Source: Candidatus Poribacteria bacterium
GTDB taxonomy: Bacteria; Poribacteria; WGA-4E; WGA-3G
Length of the DNA: 64,000 nucleotides
Assembly: GCA_965214095.1 (NCBI GenBank)
Contig: OZ243938.1
Span: 4,768,001-4,832,000 of the forward strand
Reading direction: 5' to 3'
Position numbers and translations under genes: made by a program. Below are positions 49,778 through 59,391 of the stretch, piece after piece. Each line of letters begins with the position of its first letter. Position 1 is the stretch's first letter. A model generated the notes under the pieces. It was not told where the DNA came from. It worked only from the letters and a program-made list of their open reading frames with translations, and did no database searches.

Positions 49778-50899
49778 GTGGACCAGCAATATCATACGCA
49801 CATAGAAATTGACCTTGATGCAATCCTTCAAAACGTTGTTGCAATTAAAGAACATACGGGAAAGTCATTAATAGCAGTCCTTAAGGCAGATGCTTATGGA
49901 CATGGTGCAGTTCGTGTTGCCGATCTTTTGCGCAATAAAGTTGATATGTTTGCTGTTGCTACAGTTGAGGAAGCGAATGAACTACGTGACGCAGGAATTA
50001 CAAACAACATACTTGTTCTGTTTACACCATTATCAGCGTACAGTATTCCAATTATTTTGAATGAAATAACGACAACTGTAGATAATTTGTCTTTTGCAGA
50101 ATTGTTGAGTACGCAATTCTCACATCTAAAAAAGACAATGGGTATTTCATCAAGGGCAAAAGTTCATGTTGATATAAACACAGGAATGAATCGTAGTGGA
50201 ATACAGTACTCAGAAACAGACAATTTTCTGAACAAGTTAAAAACGCTACCTGGAATTGAGATTACAGGTATGTTCACGCATCTCGCAACTGCAGAAGAAC
50301 CAGATAAGAGTTTTTCACTTATGCAGTTAGAGCGATTCAATTCAGCAATTGAGAATGTATCAGATGATATAATATTACATGCAGCAAACAGTGCAGCTGC
50401 TTTAGCCATACCTGAATCCCATTATGATGCTGTCCGTCCCGGTTTGAGTTTATACGGTATATATCCAGGAGAAGAGAGACCGATTCCATTAAAACCTGCT
50501 CTCACATGGAAGGCATATATCAGTTGGATAGAAGACATAGAAGCGGGAGAAGGTGTAAGCTATGGACTGACCTACAAGACACAAACACAAACACGCGTTG
50601 CTGGTATAAGAGTTGGCTATGGTGATGGGTATCCTCGCGCGTTGTCAAATTGCGGTGAGATGTTGATAGGTGGGAAACGTTGTCCTATTATTGGAACAAT
50701 ATGCATGGACTTGATTATCGTCAAATTAGAACTTTCAGGTAGCTACTCAGTAGGAGATGAGGCAGTATTGATTGGCAAGCAAGGAGACGAAGAAATCAGT
50801 GTTAATGAACTGGCAGAGAAAGTAGATACGATCCCTTATGAAATATTAACCCGGATTGGAAAACGCGTCCAACGTATATATAAAGAGAGAGATTTTTAA
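49778..50899 (+). CDS. alr: alanine racemase
   Basis: AVLKADAYGHG, TGMNRSG, HAANS, VRPG, VSYG, GYGDG, ICMD, IPYE. Confidence 0.95.
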   Translation: MDQQYHTHIEIDLDAILQNVVAIKEHTGKSLIAVLKADAYGHGAVRVADLLRNKVDMFAVATVEEANELRDAGITNNILVLFTPLSAYSIPIILNEITTTVDNLSFAELLSTQFSHLKKTMGISSRAKVHVDINTGMNRSGIQYSETDNFLNKLKTLPGIEITGMFTHLATAEEPDKSFSLMQLERFNSAIENVSDDIILHAANSAAALAIPESHYDAVRPGLSLYGIYPGEERPIPLKPALTWKAYISWIEDIEAGEGVSYGLTYKTQTQTRVAGIRVGYGDGYPRALSNCGEMLIGGKRCPIIGTICMDLIIVKLELSGSYSVGDEAVLIGKQGDEEISVNELAEKVDTIPYEILTRIGKRVQRIYKERDF

Positions 50900-50902
50900 C
50901 AA

Positions 50903-51823
50903 ATGCTATTAGATGTAAATAACGTCTCAGTCTTTTTTGGGACAAATCCTGCTTTAGATGAATTATCTGTGAAATTAGAGAGTGGTGGCGCAATCGGACT
51001 GCTTGGTCCCAATGGTGCGGGGAAAAGCACATTGATTAAGATGCTACTCGGTTTCCTAAATCCAAGTCGTGGGAATGCGTCTGTTTTCGGTTTAGATGTG
51101 CGAATTGATAATTTATCAATTCGTCAACAGGTAGGATATATGCCAGAAGACGATTGTTTAATACCACAGATGACTGCCGTTCAACTTGTCGCTTATGCAG
51201 GTGAACTCTGTGGCATGCCAGTAAGAGATGCAATGCAACGTGCACATGAAGTGTTATATTATGTTGGTCTTGATGAAGAACGATACCGTCCTATCAGTGG
51301 ATATTCAGCGGGAATGCGGCAACGTGTGAAGTTAGCACAGGCATTGGTGCACGATCCAAAGATGTTGCTACTTGATGAACCAACAAATGGTATGGATACA
51401 ACGGGTAGAGAGGAAATGTTAACACTTGTTAAGGACATTGCTGTGGATAAAGGTATTGATGTGATTCTATCTTCCCACCTATTACCCGATGTAGAATCGA
51501 CATGTAGTTATGTAATTGCTTTATCTCACGGGAGTCTTGTCATCAGCGGAGAAATAGAGGCATTGCGAAAAAATCAGGGACAAGTTTACGATCTTAAAAT
51601 AGTTGGAGATCGTGATGCTTATGTTGCAGCATTGGATAGGCTTCCTTATGACACCGAGTTACGTTCAGATGGACGCGTCCGCGTCACATCAACAGCAAAT
51701 GAACAGACTGATGGAAGGTTCTTCTTTAATTTAGCACATGAAACTGGAGTTCAATTGCGCCAATTGCGTGAGGTAAAACATTCACTTGAAGATGTGTTTG
51801 CTGATGCTATGGAAATGGAGTAG
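50903..51823 (+). CDS. ABC-2 type transporter ATP-binding protein
   Basis: GPNGAGKST, YSAGMRQR, LLLDEPT, SLEDVF. Confidence 0.9.
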   Translation: MLLDVNNVSVFFGTNPALDELSVKLESGGAIGLLGPNGAGKSTLIKMLLGFLNPSRGNASVFGLDVRIDNLSIRQQVGYMPEDDCLIPQMTAVQLVAYAGELCGMPVRDAMQRAHEVLYYVGLDEERYRPISGYSAGMRQRVKLAQALVHDPKMLLLDEPTNGMDTTGREEMLTLVKDIAVDKGIDVILSSHLLPDVESTCSYVIALSHGSLVISGEIEALRKNQGQVYDLKIVGDRDAYVAALDRLPYDTELRSDGRVRVTSTANEQTDGRFFFNLAHETGVQLRQLREVKHSLEDVFADAMEME

Positions 51824-51893
51824 ATAGGAAATATTGTAATAGGATAGGTAAGCCAATTATCTGTATGAAATATAATTGTAAAGGAATTAAGTA

Positions 51894-53216
51894 ATGGCAG
51901 AAAAAGAAAATCTTTTTGAAGTTGGTGTTGCACAAATTGACATTACCCCTGAGTACCCAATCCGTCTCAACGGGTATGGCAGTCGACGAACAGTATCCGA
52001 AGGAATCATTCAACGGATATGGGCGAAGGCTCTTGTTATCGGTGGTGATGACGAAGACCCTGTCCTTATGATAACCGTTGAAAACTGCGGATTACCTGAT
52101 GAATTCACAGAGGATTTGGCAGCTCGTATTGAAGGTAAAACAGGAATTCCTCGTGAGAATTTTGTTGCATGTTTTACACACACGCACAGTGCACCCTGTC
52201 TGACTAACTCAGCAGCATTCATATTCAGTGGAGATATTTCACCTGAAGAACAGGAAACAATAGACCGTTACACTCGTGAACTTGGCAATTGGTTGGAAGC
52301 ACTTGCAATGGAAGCAATCACAAGACGAGAACCATGTCATTTAACGTGGAACATTGGTGAAGTTGGTTTTGCTAAGAACCGGCGAACAGATGGTGGACCA
52401 GTAGATCATTCGCTACCTGTAATGCAGTTTACAAATGTTGATGGAGACCTTCATGCTGTATGGGCAAGTTATGCCTGCCACTGCACAACCTTAGCAGGTT
52501 CGGATAACCATATCTGCGGTGACTGGGCAGGATTTGCACAAGAGGAGATACAGAAAGCACATCCAAATGTAACCGCATTAATTACTATCGGATGTGGGGC
52601 AGATGCAAATCCAGAATCTCGGATGCGTCCTATGCCTGAAGGAAAACAGGAAGTATTTGAAACACGTCTCGCTTATGCAAAGGAACACGGTCGTGCACTT
52701 GCTGAAGAGGTTAATCATCAACTTGAGAGAAAAGCAACTTCTCTTACCAATATACCTGTAGGTACCTTTGAAAGAGTAAATTTGCTATTTGATAAATTAC
52801 CTACTCAGGAAGAATGGAAAGAAAAAGCAGCACAAGGTGGTGCAACCGCATATCATGCCCAAAAACATCTTGAAATGATAGAAGATGGACTGGAAATCAA
52901 AACAGATATTTCATATCCAGTACAAGCATGGACTTTTGGTGAGGAGTTAGCTATCATCTTCCTTGCAAGTGAGGTAGTAGTAGATTTTTCTCTACGTCTC
53001 AAGAAAGAGTATGATGCCAAACGTCTATGGGTAGGTGCATACTCAAATGCTTTTCCCGGCTATATTCCATCTGAACGGGTGTTAGCTGAAGGCGGATATG
53101 AAGGTGGCGGTGCGATGATATATTTCGGACAACCAACGTGTTTTGCTCCCAGTGTTGAACAATTAGTAATTGATACAGTTCATAAAGTCCTACCAGAAGA
53201 ATTCCTGGTAAAATAG
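51894..53216 (+). CDS. neutral/alkaline ceramidase-like metallohydrolase
   Basis: DITP..LNGY, THTHSAP, YACHCT, GCGADANP, GYIPS..GGYEG. Confidence 0.8.
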   Translation: MAEKENLFEVGVAQIDITPEYPIRLNGYGSRRTVSEGIIQRIWAKALVIGGDDEDPVLMITVENCGLPDEFTEDLAARIEGKTGIPRENFVACFTHTHSAPCLTNSAAFIFSGDISPEEQETIDRYTRELGNWLEALAMEAITRREPCHLTWNIGEVGFAKNRRTDGGPVDHSLPVMQFTNVDGDLHAVWASYACHCTTLAGSDNHICGDWAGFAQEEIQKAHPNVTALITIGCGADANPESRMRPMPEGKQEVFETRLAYAKEHGRALAEEVNHQLERKATSLTNIPVGTFERVNLLFDKLPTQEEWKEKAAQGGATAYHAQKHLEMIEDGLEIKTDISYPVQAWTFGEELAIIFLASEVVVDFSLRLKKEYDAKRLWVGAYSNAFPGYIPSERVLAEGGYEGGGAMIYFGQPTCFAPSVEQLVIDTVHKVLPEEFLVK

Positions 53217-53238
53217 AATTATTGAAAGTGAGAATATA

Positions 53239-53994
53239 ATGGAAATTAGACCAAATAAGATTAAGCAAAAATTAGCAAATGGTGAACCTGCATACATCGT
53301 TGCAGGACTGACGAATGCAGATGACATAGATGCCTTCGGACCCAACGGTTTTGATGGTGTGTGGTTAGAAGGTGAACACGGCAGTGCAGACGCAACAAAT
53401 CTCGGTGATCTCACACGCGCTTGTGATTTATGGGGGATGACATCAGTCGTGCGGGTCAATCGTAATGACCAAGGACTAATTTACCGCACATTGGACTGCG
53501 GTGCTATGGGGATTGTCGTCCCGCATGTTAACACTAAAGCAGAGGCACAGAACGTAGTGGATGGTGGAAAGTTCGCACCTATTGGACACCGAGGAATGTT
53601 CACGAGTCGACAAGGCTATGGTGTGGACAACTATTTTGAGGTGGCAAATGAACAGTCGTTGTTAGTTGTTCTCATTGAGGATATTGAAGCAGTGAACAAC
53701 TTAGCTGAGATTCTCACTGTTGACCACATAGATGTGTTCTTTGTAGCACCATCAGATTTAGCGACCTCTATGGGACACATCGGTAATCATCAGCACCTTG
53801 ATGTGCAGAACACAATTGACAGCACCTTGTCACGTATCCAAGATGCAGGACGTATTGCTGGCACATTGGCTTTAGATGATTCCGTTGAGAAATATGTGAA
53901 AGCAGGTGTGCAGTTTCTACTCGTAGGTGTTGGTGGATGGATTTCAACTGGTGCGGCAGATTATAAACAAATGGCGACAAATGCAAGAAACTGA
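53239..53994 (+). CDS. HpcH/HpaI aldolase family protein
   Basis: EGEHG, VVRV, LDCGAMGIVVPHV, PIGHRG, IED, APSDL. Confidence 0.9.
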   Translation: MEIRPNKIKQKLANGEPAYIVAGLTNADDIDAFGPNGFDGVWLEGEHGSADATNLGDLTRACDLWGMTSVVRVNRNDQGLIYRTLDCGAMGIVVPHVNTKAEAQNVVDGGKFAPIGHRGMFTSRQGYGVDNYFEVANEQSLLVVLIEDIEAVNNLAEILTVDHIDVFFVAPSDLATSMGHIGNHQHLDVQNTIDSTLSRIQDAGRIAGTLALDDSVEKYVKAGVQFLLVGVGGWISTGAADYKQMATNARN

Positions 53995-54026
53995 GCATAC
54001 ATTTTGAATAGACATAAGGTGGACCT

Positions 54027-54323
54027 ATGAAAGATTTCTTGAATTTAAAAAGGATACTAATCCCAACTATCGTACCTGTTGTGTTTAGGCTTGGACTATA
54101 TGTCTGTATTTTTGTAGGTATCCGTCAAATTGTTACGAATTTACTGACTTTTGGTAGTACAAATTTGTATGAATTACCTTTCGTTCTATTTTATTGGTTT
54201 GTCTTATTTCCAGTCATATTACGTATCGTCTGTGAAGTCTTAATCATATTAGCAAGAATGAACGCCTCGTTGACAGATATAAAGGAGCAGCTAAATACAC
54301 AACAAGAGGATGAACACACATAG
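54027..54323 (+). CDS. small membrane protein (DUF4282-like)
   Basis: Two TM helices, RIVCEVLIIL.RMN..L..I. Confidence 0.65.
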   Translation: MKDFLNLKRILIPTIVPVVFRLGLYVCIFVGIRQIVTNLLTFGSTNLYELPFVLFYWFVLFPVILRIVCEVLIILARMNASLTDIKEQLNTQQEDEHT

Positions 54324-54348
54324 TGGAGTGTCCATTCGGACATTGTCC

Positions 54349-54426
54349 GTCGGGTAGAGGCACGAAAGCCGAGCTTATTGATGATAAATGGATGCATGTC
54401 GGGTTTCGTGCCTCTACCCGACCTAC
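54349..54426. repeat. REP doublet/long hairpin between convergent genes
   Basis: Perfect 19-bp inverted repeat GTCGGGTAGAGGCACGAAA / TTTCGTGCCTCTACCCGAC ending in CTAC. Confidence 0.8.
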
Positions 54427-54472
54427 AAGATTAGTGTAGACAGAACAATAGAGAACATTGGTTTGATGCAAA

Positions 54473-55819
54473 TTATGCTAAAAACGTTATCCCTCCAGAT
54501 GTTTCTCTGCCTTGCCACACGGCACCTGTAGGATAGATATGCTTTTCCACAAAATCTGGATGCATTTCTAAACCCCATCCTGGAACTGTTGGAGCGACAT
54601 AAGCACCATCGCGCACTTGAATCAGTTCAAGAAATACACCTTCTTGTAGAAATTCAAGATATTCAACAACCTGTGTATCTGAATGTGCAGCAACAGAGAT
54701 TTGATCCCACATTGCATAGTGTTGAATCATATTGCACAAACCGATGCCACCCCCGTGTGGACATACAGGCACATCATACTTCACAGCCATCAATATCACA
54801 GCAATCACATCGTTGACTCCGCCAAGTCTTGTTGCATCAATTTGGCAGAATTGAATTGCATTACTTGTAAGAAGTTGTTTGAAGATGACAGGTGATGGAA
54901 CTTGTTCACCGGCAGCAACCCCAATATCATATTTCTCCAATGCGCGTGCGATTTTGACAAAACCGAGAACATCATCTCGCGCAGTCGGTTCTTCAATCCA
55001 AGTCGGTCGGAATTCTGTCAATGCTTCCATGTGGGTAATTGCTTCATCAACTCCCCACACCTGATTGGCATCCAACATCAATTGCGCATTGTAACCTATT
55101 GCTTTCCTAATGAAAGCAAGTCGTTTCTTATCAAAATCTAAATCTTGTCCAACTTTCATCTTGAAGCAGTCCAAACCTGATGCTTTCACCTTATTGACAG
55201 TCTCAATGATCTGTTCATCAGTCAAACCAAGCCAACCCGCAGTAGAATACGCCTTCGGTCCCTTCTGACATAGAACGTTCTCTCTTGTTTCACGTGTATC
55301 CAAGTTTGATTTCAGTATATCAACTGCTTCATCAGGTGTTAGGGCATCCCGTAGGTAACGCCAATCGATACACTGTACAATCTTGTCTGGCGGTAAATCA
55401 ACAAGCAGTTTCCACAAAGGTTTTTCAACAACTTTTGCCCAGAGATCCCACATTGCATTCACAATACAACCGATTGCCATACGATTGACACCATCTGCAA
55501 GCCACCGCAATTGATGATGATCAATGAGTAGACGGAAAAACGCACCCGGATCATCGATAAAGGTATTCAGTTCCATGTCGGTTATAAGTTGAGCAAGGTC
55601 TTTAACACCGTAAGCGATCCAGTCGTTTCCAGCACCTGCAGTGAATGCAACTGAAATTCCTTGATGTTCTGTGTTCGTTTCTATCGTTGTTAGGACAGCA
55701 GAATAGTTCGGTTTTTTGTGGAACGGGTCTGAACCGAGAAGTGTATCAGAAGTAGGCACACGCAAATCTATAACGTTGACCATTTCTATTTTACAATCTA
55801 TGTTTGGTAAATTATTCAT
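54473..55819 (-). CDS. L-fuconate dehydratase (ENOSF1/FucD-like)
   Basis: DLRVPTS..GSD, PNYSA, NAMWDLWAK, YSTAGWLG, KMKVG, DANQ, WIEEPT, PVCPHGGGIGL. Confidence 0.85.
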   Translation of the reverse strand: MNNLPNIDCKIEMVNVIDLRVPTSDTLLGSDPFHKKPNYSAVLTTIETNTEHQGISVAFTAGAGNDWIAYGVKDLAQLITDMELNTFIDDPGAFFRLLIDHHQLRWLADGVNRMAIGCIVNAMWDLWAKVVEKPLWKLLVDLPPDKIVQCIDWRYLRDALTPDEAVDILKSNLDTRETRENVLCQKGPKAYSTAGWLGLTDEQIIETVNKVKASGLDCFKMKVGQDLDFDKKRLAFIRKAIGYNAQLMLDANQVWGVDEAITHMEALTEFRPTWIEEPTARDDVLGFVKIARALEKYDIGVAAGEQVPSPVIFKQLLTSNAIQFCQIDATRLGGVNDVIAVILMAVKYDVPVCPHGGGIGLCNMIQHYAMWDQISVAAHSDTQVVEYLEFLQEGVFLELIQVRDGAYVAPTVPGWGLEMHPDFVEKHIYPTGAVWQGRETSGGITFLA

Positions 55820-55862
55820 ATATGCTTGACTCCTTTCGGAACACAGTATAGAATAAATCAAC

Positions 55863-56405
55863 ATGAAAATCTATACAAAATTTGGCGATTCTGGTGAAAC
55901 AGCACTCTACGGTGGTACACGTGTTCCTAAAGATACACTGCAGATTGAGGCATTAGGGTCTATTGACGAACTGAACGCTTACATCGGTTATGCACAGACA
56001 CTGATATATGATGCAGATTTATCTGATATGCTTACTCGCATTCAGAACCATCTGTTTTCTGTTGGAGCGGATATTGCAACACCAGAGACACATACAAAGT
56101 CTGCTGATATGCGTATCTCTTCGGATTTTACAACCGAGATGGAATCCATGATTGATACTCTCTCAGACGAGTTACCGCCACTTACAAACTTTATTCTACC
56201 GGGTGGTTGTCAGGCAGGATCAATTATACATGTGGCGCGTGCTGTCTGCCGTAGAAGTGAACGGTGTGTTGTGCGTCTTACACGAAAATCAAAAGTCAAC
56301 CCAGAAATCATCCGTTGTCTTAACCGACTTTCAGATCTATTATTTGTCTTAGCACGTGTAGTAAACTACCGAGCTCAAACAGAAGAACCGATTTGGGAAT
56401 CATAG
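55863..56405 (+). CDS. pduO: cob(I)alamin adenosyltransferase, PduO type
   Basis: KIYTKFGDSGET, GSIDELNA, FILPGG, RAVCRRSER, LNRLSDLLF. Confidence 0.9.
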   Translation: MKIYTKFGDSGETALYGGTRVPKDTLQIEALGSIDELNAYIGYAQTLIYDADLSDMLTRIQNHLFSVGADIATPETHTKSADMRISSDFTTEMESMIDTLSDELPPLTNFILPGGCQAGSIIHVARAVCRRSERCVVRLTRKSKVNPEIIRCLNRLSDLLFVLARVVNYRAQTEEPIWES

Positions 56406-56417
56406 GGTATTGCATCA

Positions 56418-56831
56418 ATGACCAAAAAACAGGCATCCACAAATCTTGAGAGTGTTGTTGAGAGACACTATTGGCGTGGTGTCGCGTTTCTGATTATTCT
56501 CATTCTGGTTGGCACGGGGTTCTGGTGTCTACGACGTTTTAATCCCACACTATTCCTTGGTAAACCTGATTTTATTGCAGTGCCTAATGAACCTATTTCT
56601 GAACAAGAACAACAACTATCTGTTGACGAAAATCCAGACCTTCTCAATATAAACACCGCTTCTGCAGAAGAACTTCAGACACTTCCAAGTATCGGTCCTC
56701 AGACGGCACAAAAAATAATCAAATATCGTGAAGAACACGGTGATTTTACATCGGTAGATGCGCTCACTGGAGTGAAGGGTATTGGTGAAAAGACCTTAGA
56801 AAAACTGAAACCGTATATTAGCATTGAATAA
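56418..56831 (+). CDS. comEA: ComEA-family helix-hairpin-helix DNA-binding protein
   Basis: N-terminal [28 protein letters not shown]. Confidence 0.8.
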   Translation: MTKKQASTNLESVVERHYWRGVAFLIILILVGTGFWCLRRFNPTLFLGKPDFIAVPNEPISEQEQQLSVDENPDLLNINTASAEELQTLPSIGPQTAQKIIKYREEHGDFTSVDALTGVKGIGEKTLEKLKPYISIE

Positions 56832-59381
56832 TTATTTCCGTATCAACATTTTACGCGTTGCAGAATACTGACCGGCAGTTAACGTATAGAAATAAACGCC
56901 GCTCGCGACAGGTTCACCTATATCATTTTTGCCATTCCAATATGCCGCGTGACCCTTGGTTTGATACAGTCCAGCAGACTGTTCACCAATATCTAAAGTC
57001 TGTATTAGCTGCCCTTCAGAAGAATATATCTCTATTTTCACATCCGATGACTCTGATAACTGATACGGTATCCAGGTTTCAGGGTTGAATGGGTTTGGAT
57101 AGTTTGCAAGAAGTTGTGTCTTAGTTGGTGTCAGCGATAGTATAAGTTGCTCCAGAAATTGGATTCCTCTCTGCACTCCTAAATCTGAACTATCAAGTTC
57201 TTGTGCTTGTGTCAGCCAGCCTTGCACAATAGATTTTGTTAAAGTAAATTCCTCACTGAAATCTAATATTGTCGGGGTAGCAGCTGCATTTACAATCGCA
57301 CCTGCTACTAAAATTAGATCCGCTATGTCAACAACTCCATCTCCATTCACATCCGCATCGTTTATTCCAGTTTTCCCAAAATTTGCAGCGACGACTACTA
57401 AATCATGTATATCAACAACACCATCATTGTTGACATCTGCAGCATGGCTTGATGTGTTAAAGAATGACCCATAATCCCAAAGAAGTATTGTCCCATGTTC
57501 ATGCGATGACGCAAACGTCTTGCCATCTGGACTAAACGCTAACATATATACGCCAAGTGGCATGCGTAACATCAGTTTGAAAGCACCAGTTTCCGGATCC
57601 CAAAATTGCAACCTCCCATCTTCCCATCCACCAGCAGTTACCATGGTTTCTCCATCTGGACTGAAAAGTACTGTTTTAAATAGACCCTCATGCCCTGTGA
57701 TAAAAGTCCTTCTCTCTCCAGTATATACCTTCCATAGATGCACTTCCTGACCAACACCACCCGCAGCAATAGTGTTCCCATCAGGACTGAAAGCAATATT
57801 TGTAGTTAATGGTATAGAACCGTTGTATCTTGCAATTTGTTTCCTACCAATAACATCCCAGAGATATATGCCATCGGTATTGCCATATACGATTTTTCGT
57901 CCATCTGGACTGAATGCCATATACCCAACACCTTCCCAAGTTCCGGTGAATGTCCATAGATAATTGCCTGTGGTTGCATCCCAAAAAATCGGTTTTCTGT
58001 TAGTTGCGTAAGTCGTGAGTAACCCTCCATCCGGACTAAAGTTGACACGGTAGGTATCCCACTCATGGCCAATTATTGTTGCTATCTGAGAACCAGAGGA
58101 AACATCCCATAACCTAATCGGGTAGTCTTCAGCGAACCATCTATCACCAAATACAATTCCGCCGCTACTTGCTATAGTCCGTCCATCTGGACTAAAGTCG
58201 ACTGATATAACCGGACCTATATGTCCAACAATGGATCTTGTATTTCTACCTGTTGTAGTATCCCATAGTCTCAAGGTTTTATCACTACTTCCACTTACAA
58301 TTGTATTTCCATCTGGACTAAATGCTATCCTTGGGAAACCTGAAATATGTCCAGTGATTGTTGTTCTTTGTTCAAAATCCTTTGTATCCCACAGAATAAT
58401 AGTTCCATCCTGACTATAACTTGCAAATGTAGATCCATCAGGACTGTATGCAATACTCTTAATGTAGTCAGTATGTGCTATGATTGTAGAATTATGATCA
58501 CCTGTAGCAACATCCCACAGACAGACTGTTTTATCAAAACTGCCACTTGCAAGTGTGTTCCCATCAGGACTAAATGCAATATCGTAGACACCACCGGTAT
58601 GTCCTATCAGTGTGTTTTTTAGTGAACCACTTGCTATATCCCAAAGAAAAATATGTGCTGGCCATCTTCCGCCACAAGTTGCAATTGTGTTACCGTCTGG
58701 ACTAAATGCAATTTTAGTGTCGTATGAAAACCTATCTTCTACCAAAATGAAAGATGTATTGAGTTCATTTGTTTCAACATCCCATAATTTCATCGTAGTA
58801 ATTTCACCTTCATAACTGCTACTTGCCAGATTCGTTCCATCTGGACTGAAGGTGATGGTTTTAATACCACTATCATGAGCAATGATTGTGCTTATTAATG
58901 CCCCCGTTGAGACATCCCAAAATTTGATAGTGCCATCTTTGTAATAATTACTACATGTCGCGAACGTTTCGCCAGTGGGGTTAAATGCTATACCTGAAAT
59001 ATCTCGGCTATGTGCAGATATTGTCAGTTTGAGGTTACCAGTGTCAACATCCCATAAATAAACTTCGTTGGAATTAGTACACGCAACAGTTTTACCATTA
59101 GGACTGACTGCAAGGTTTGAGCCATAATCTAAATCGGCTGTTAGCAATTTGAGGTCTTTTCCCGTATGTCCATCATAAATCCAGACACCGACAGAACTTG
59201 CAGCTACAAGCAAGGAACTATCTGGTGAAAATGCTATTTTACCGTATATTTCTCCTTTTCCAATACGCATTTTCGCACCTTCTGGCAAACCCCACTGCAT
59301 GTAATCTTGCGAAAAAGCACTTGATAAAAAGATAGTTGAAAACAGAACAACCAGTATAATAATGTATCGTGTTGTCTTCAT
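56832..59381 (-). CDS. secreted WD40 + dockerin-like + FlgD-Ig/T9SS-like C-terminal domain protein
   Basis: Signal peptide, WD40 repeats, DVNxDG pair, NYPNPFNPETWIPYQL..VASGVYFYTL..RKMLIRK. Confidence 0.9.
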   Translation of the reverse strand: MKTTRYIIILVVLFSTIFLSSAFSQDYMQWGLPEGAKMRIGKGEIYGKIAFSPDSSLLVAASSVGVWIYDGHTGKDLKLLTADLDYGSNLAVSPNGKTVACTNSNEVYLWDVDTGNLKLTISAHSRDISGIAFNPTGETFATCSNYYKDGTIKFWDVSTGALISTIIAHDSGIKTITFSPDGTNLASSSYEGEITTMKLWDVETNELNTSFILVEDRFSYDTKIAFSPDGNTIATCGGRWPAHIFLWDIASGSLKNTLIGHTGGVYDIAFSPDGNTLASGSFDKTVCLWDVATGDHNSTIIAHTDYIKSIAYSPDGSTFASYSQDGTIILWDTKDFEQRTTITGHISGFPRIAFSPDGNTIVSGSSDKTLRLWDTTTGRNTRSIVGHIGPVISVDFSPDGRTIASSGGIVFGDRWFAEDYPIRLWDVSSGSQIATIIGHEWDTYRVNFSPDGGLLTTYATNRKPIFWDATTGNYLWTFTGTWEGVGYMAFSPDGRKIVYGNTDGIYLWDVIGRKQIARYNGSIPLTTNIAFSPDGNTIAAGGVGQEVHLWKVYTGERRTFITGHEGLFKTVLFSPDGETMVTAGGWEDGRLQFWDPETGAFKLMLRMPLGVYMLAFSPDGKTFASSHEHGTILLWDYGSFFNTSSHAADVNNDGVVDIHDLVVVAANFGKTGINDADVNGDGVVDIADLILVAGAIVNAAATPTILDFSEEFTLTKSIVQGWLTQAQELDSSDLGVQRGIQFLEQLILSLTPTKTQLLANYPNPFNPETWIPYQLSESSDVKIEIYSSEGQLIQTLDIGEQSAGLYQTKGHAAYWNGKNDIGEPVASGVYFYTLTAGQYSATRKMLIRK

Positions 59382-59391
59382 TTCTTGCCTC

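Noticed and set aside
47308-51823. Incomplete ABC systems (potBC without potA/D; ATPase without permease)
   Set aside because: Split ABC operons are common and partners may lie outside the window
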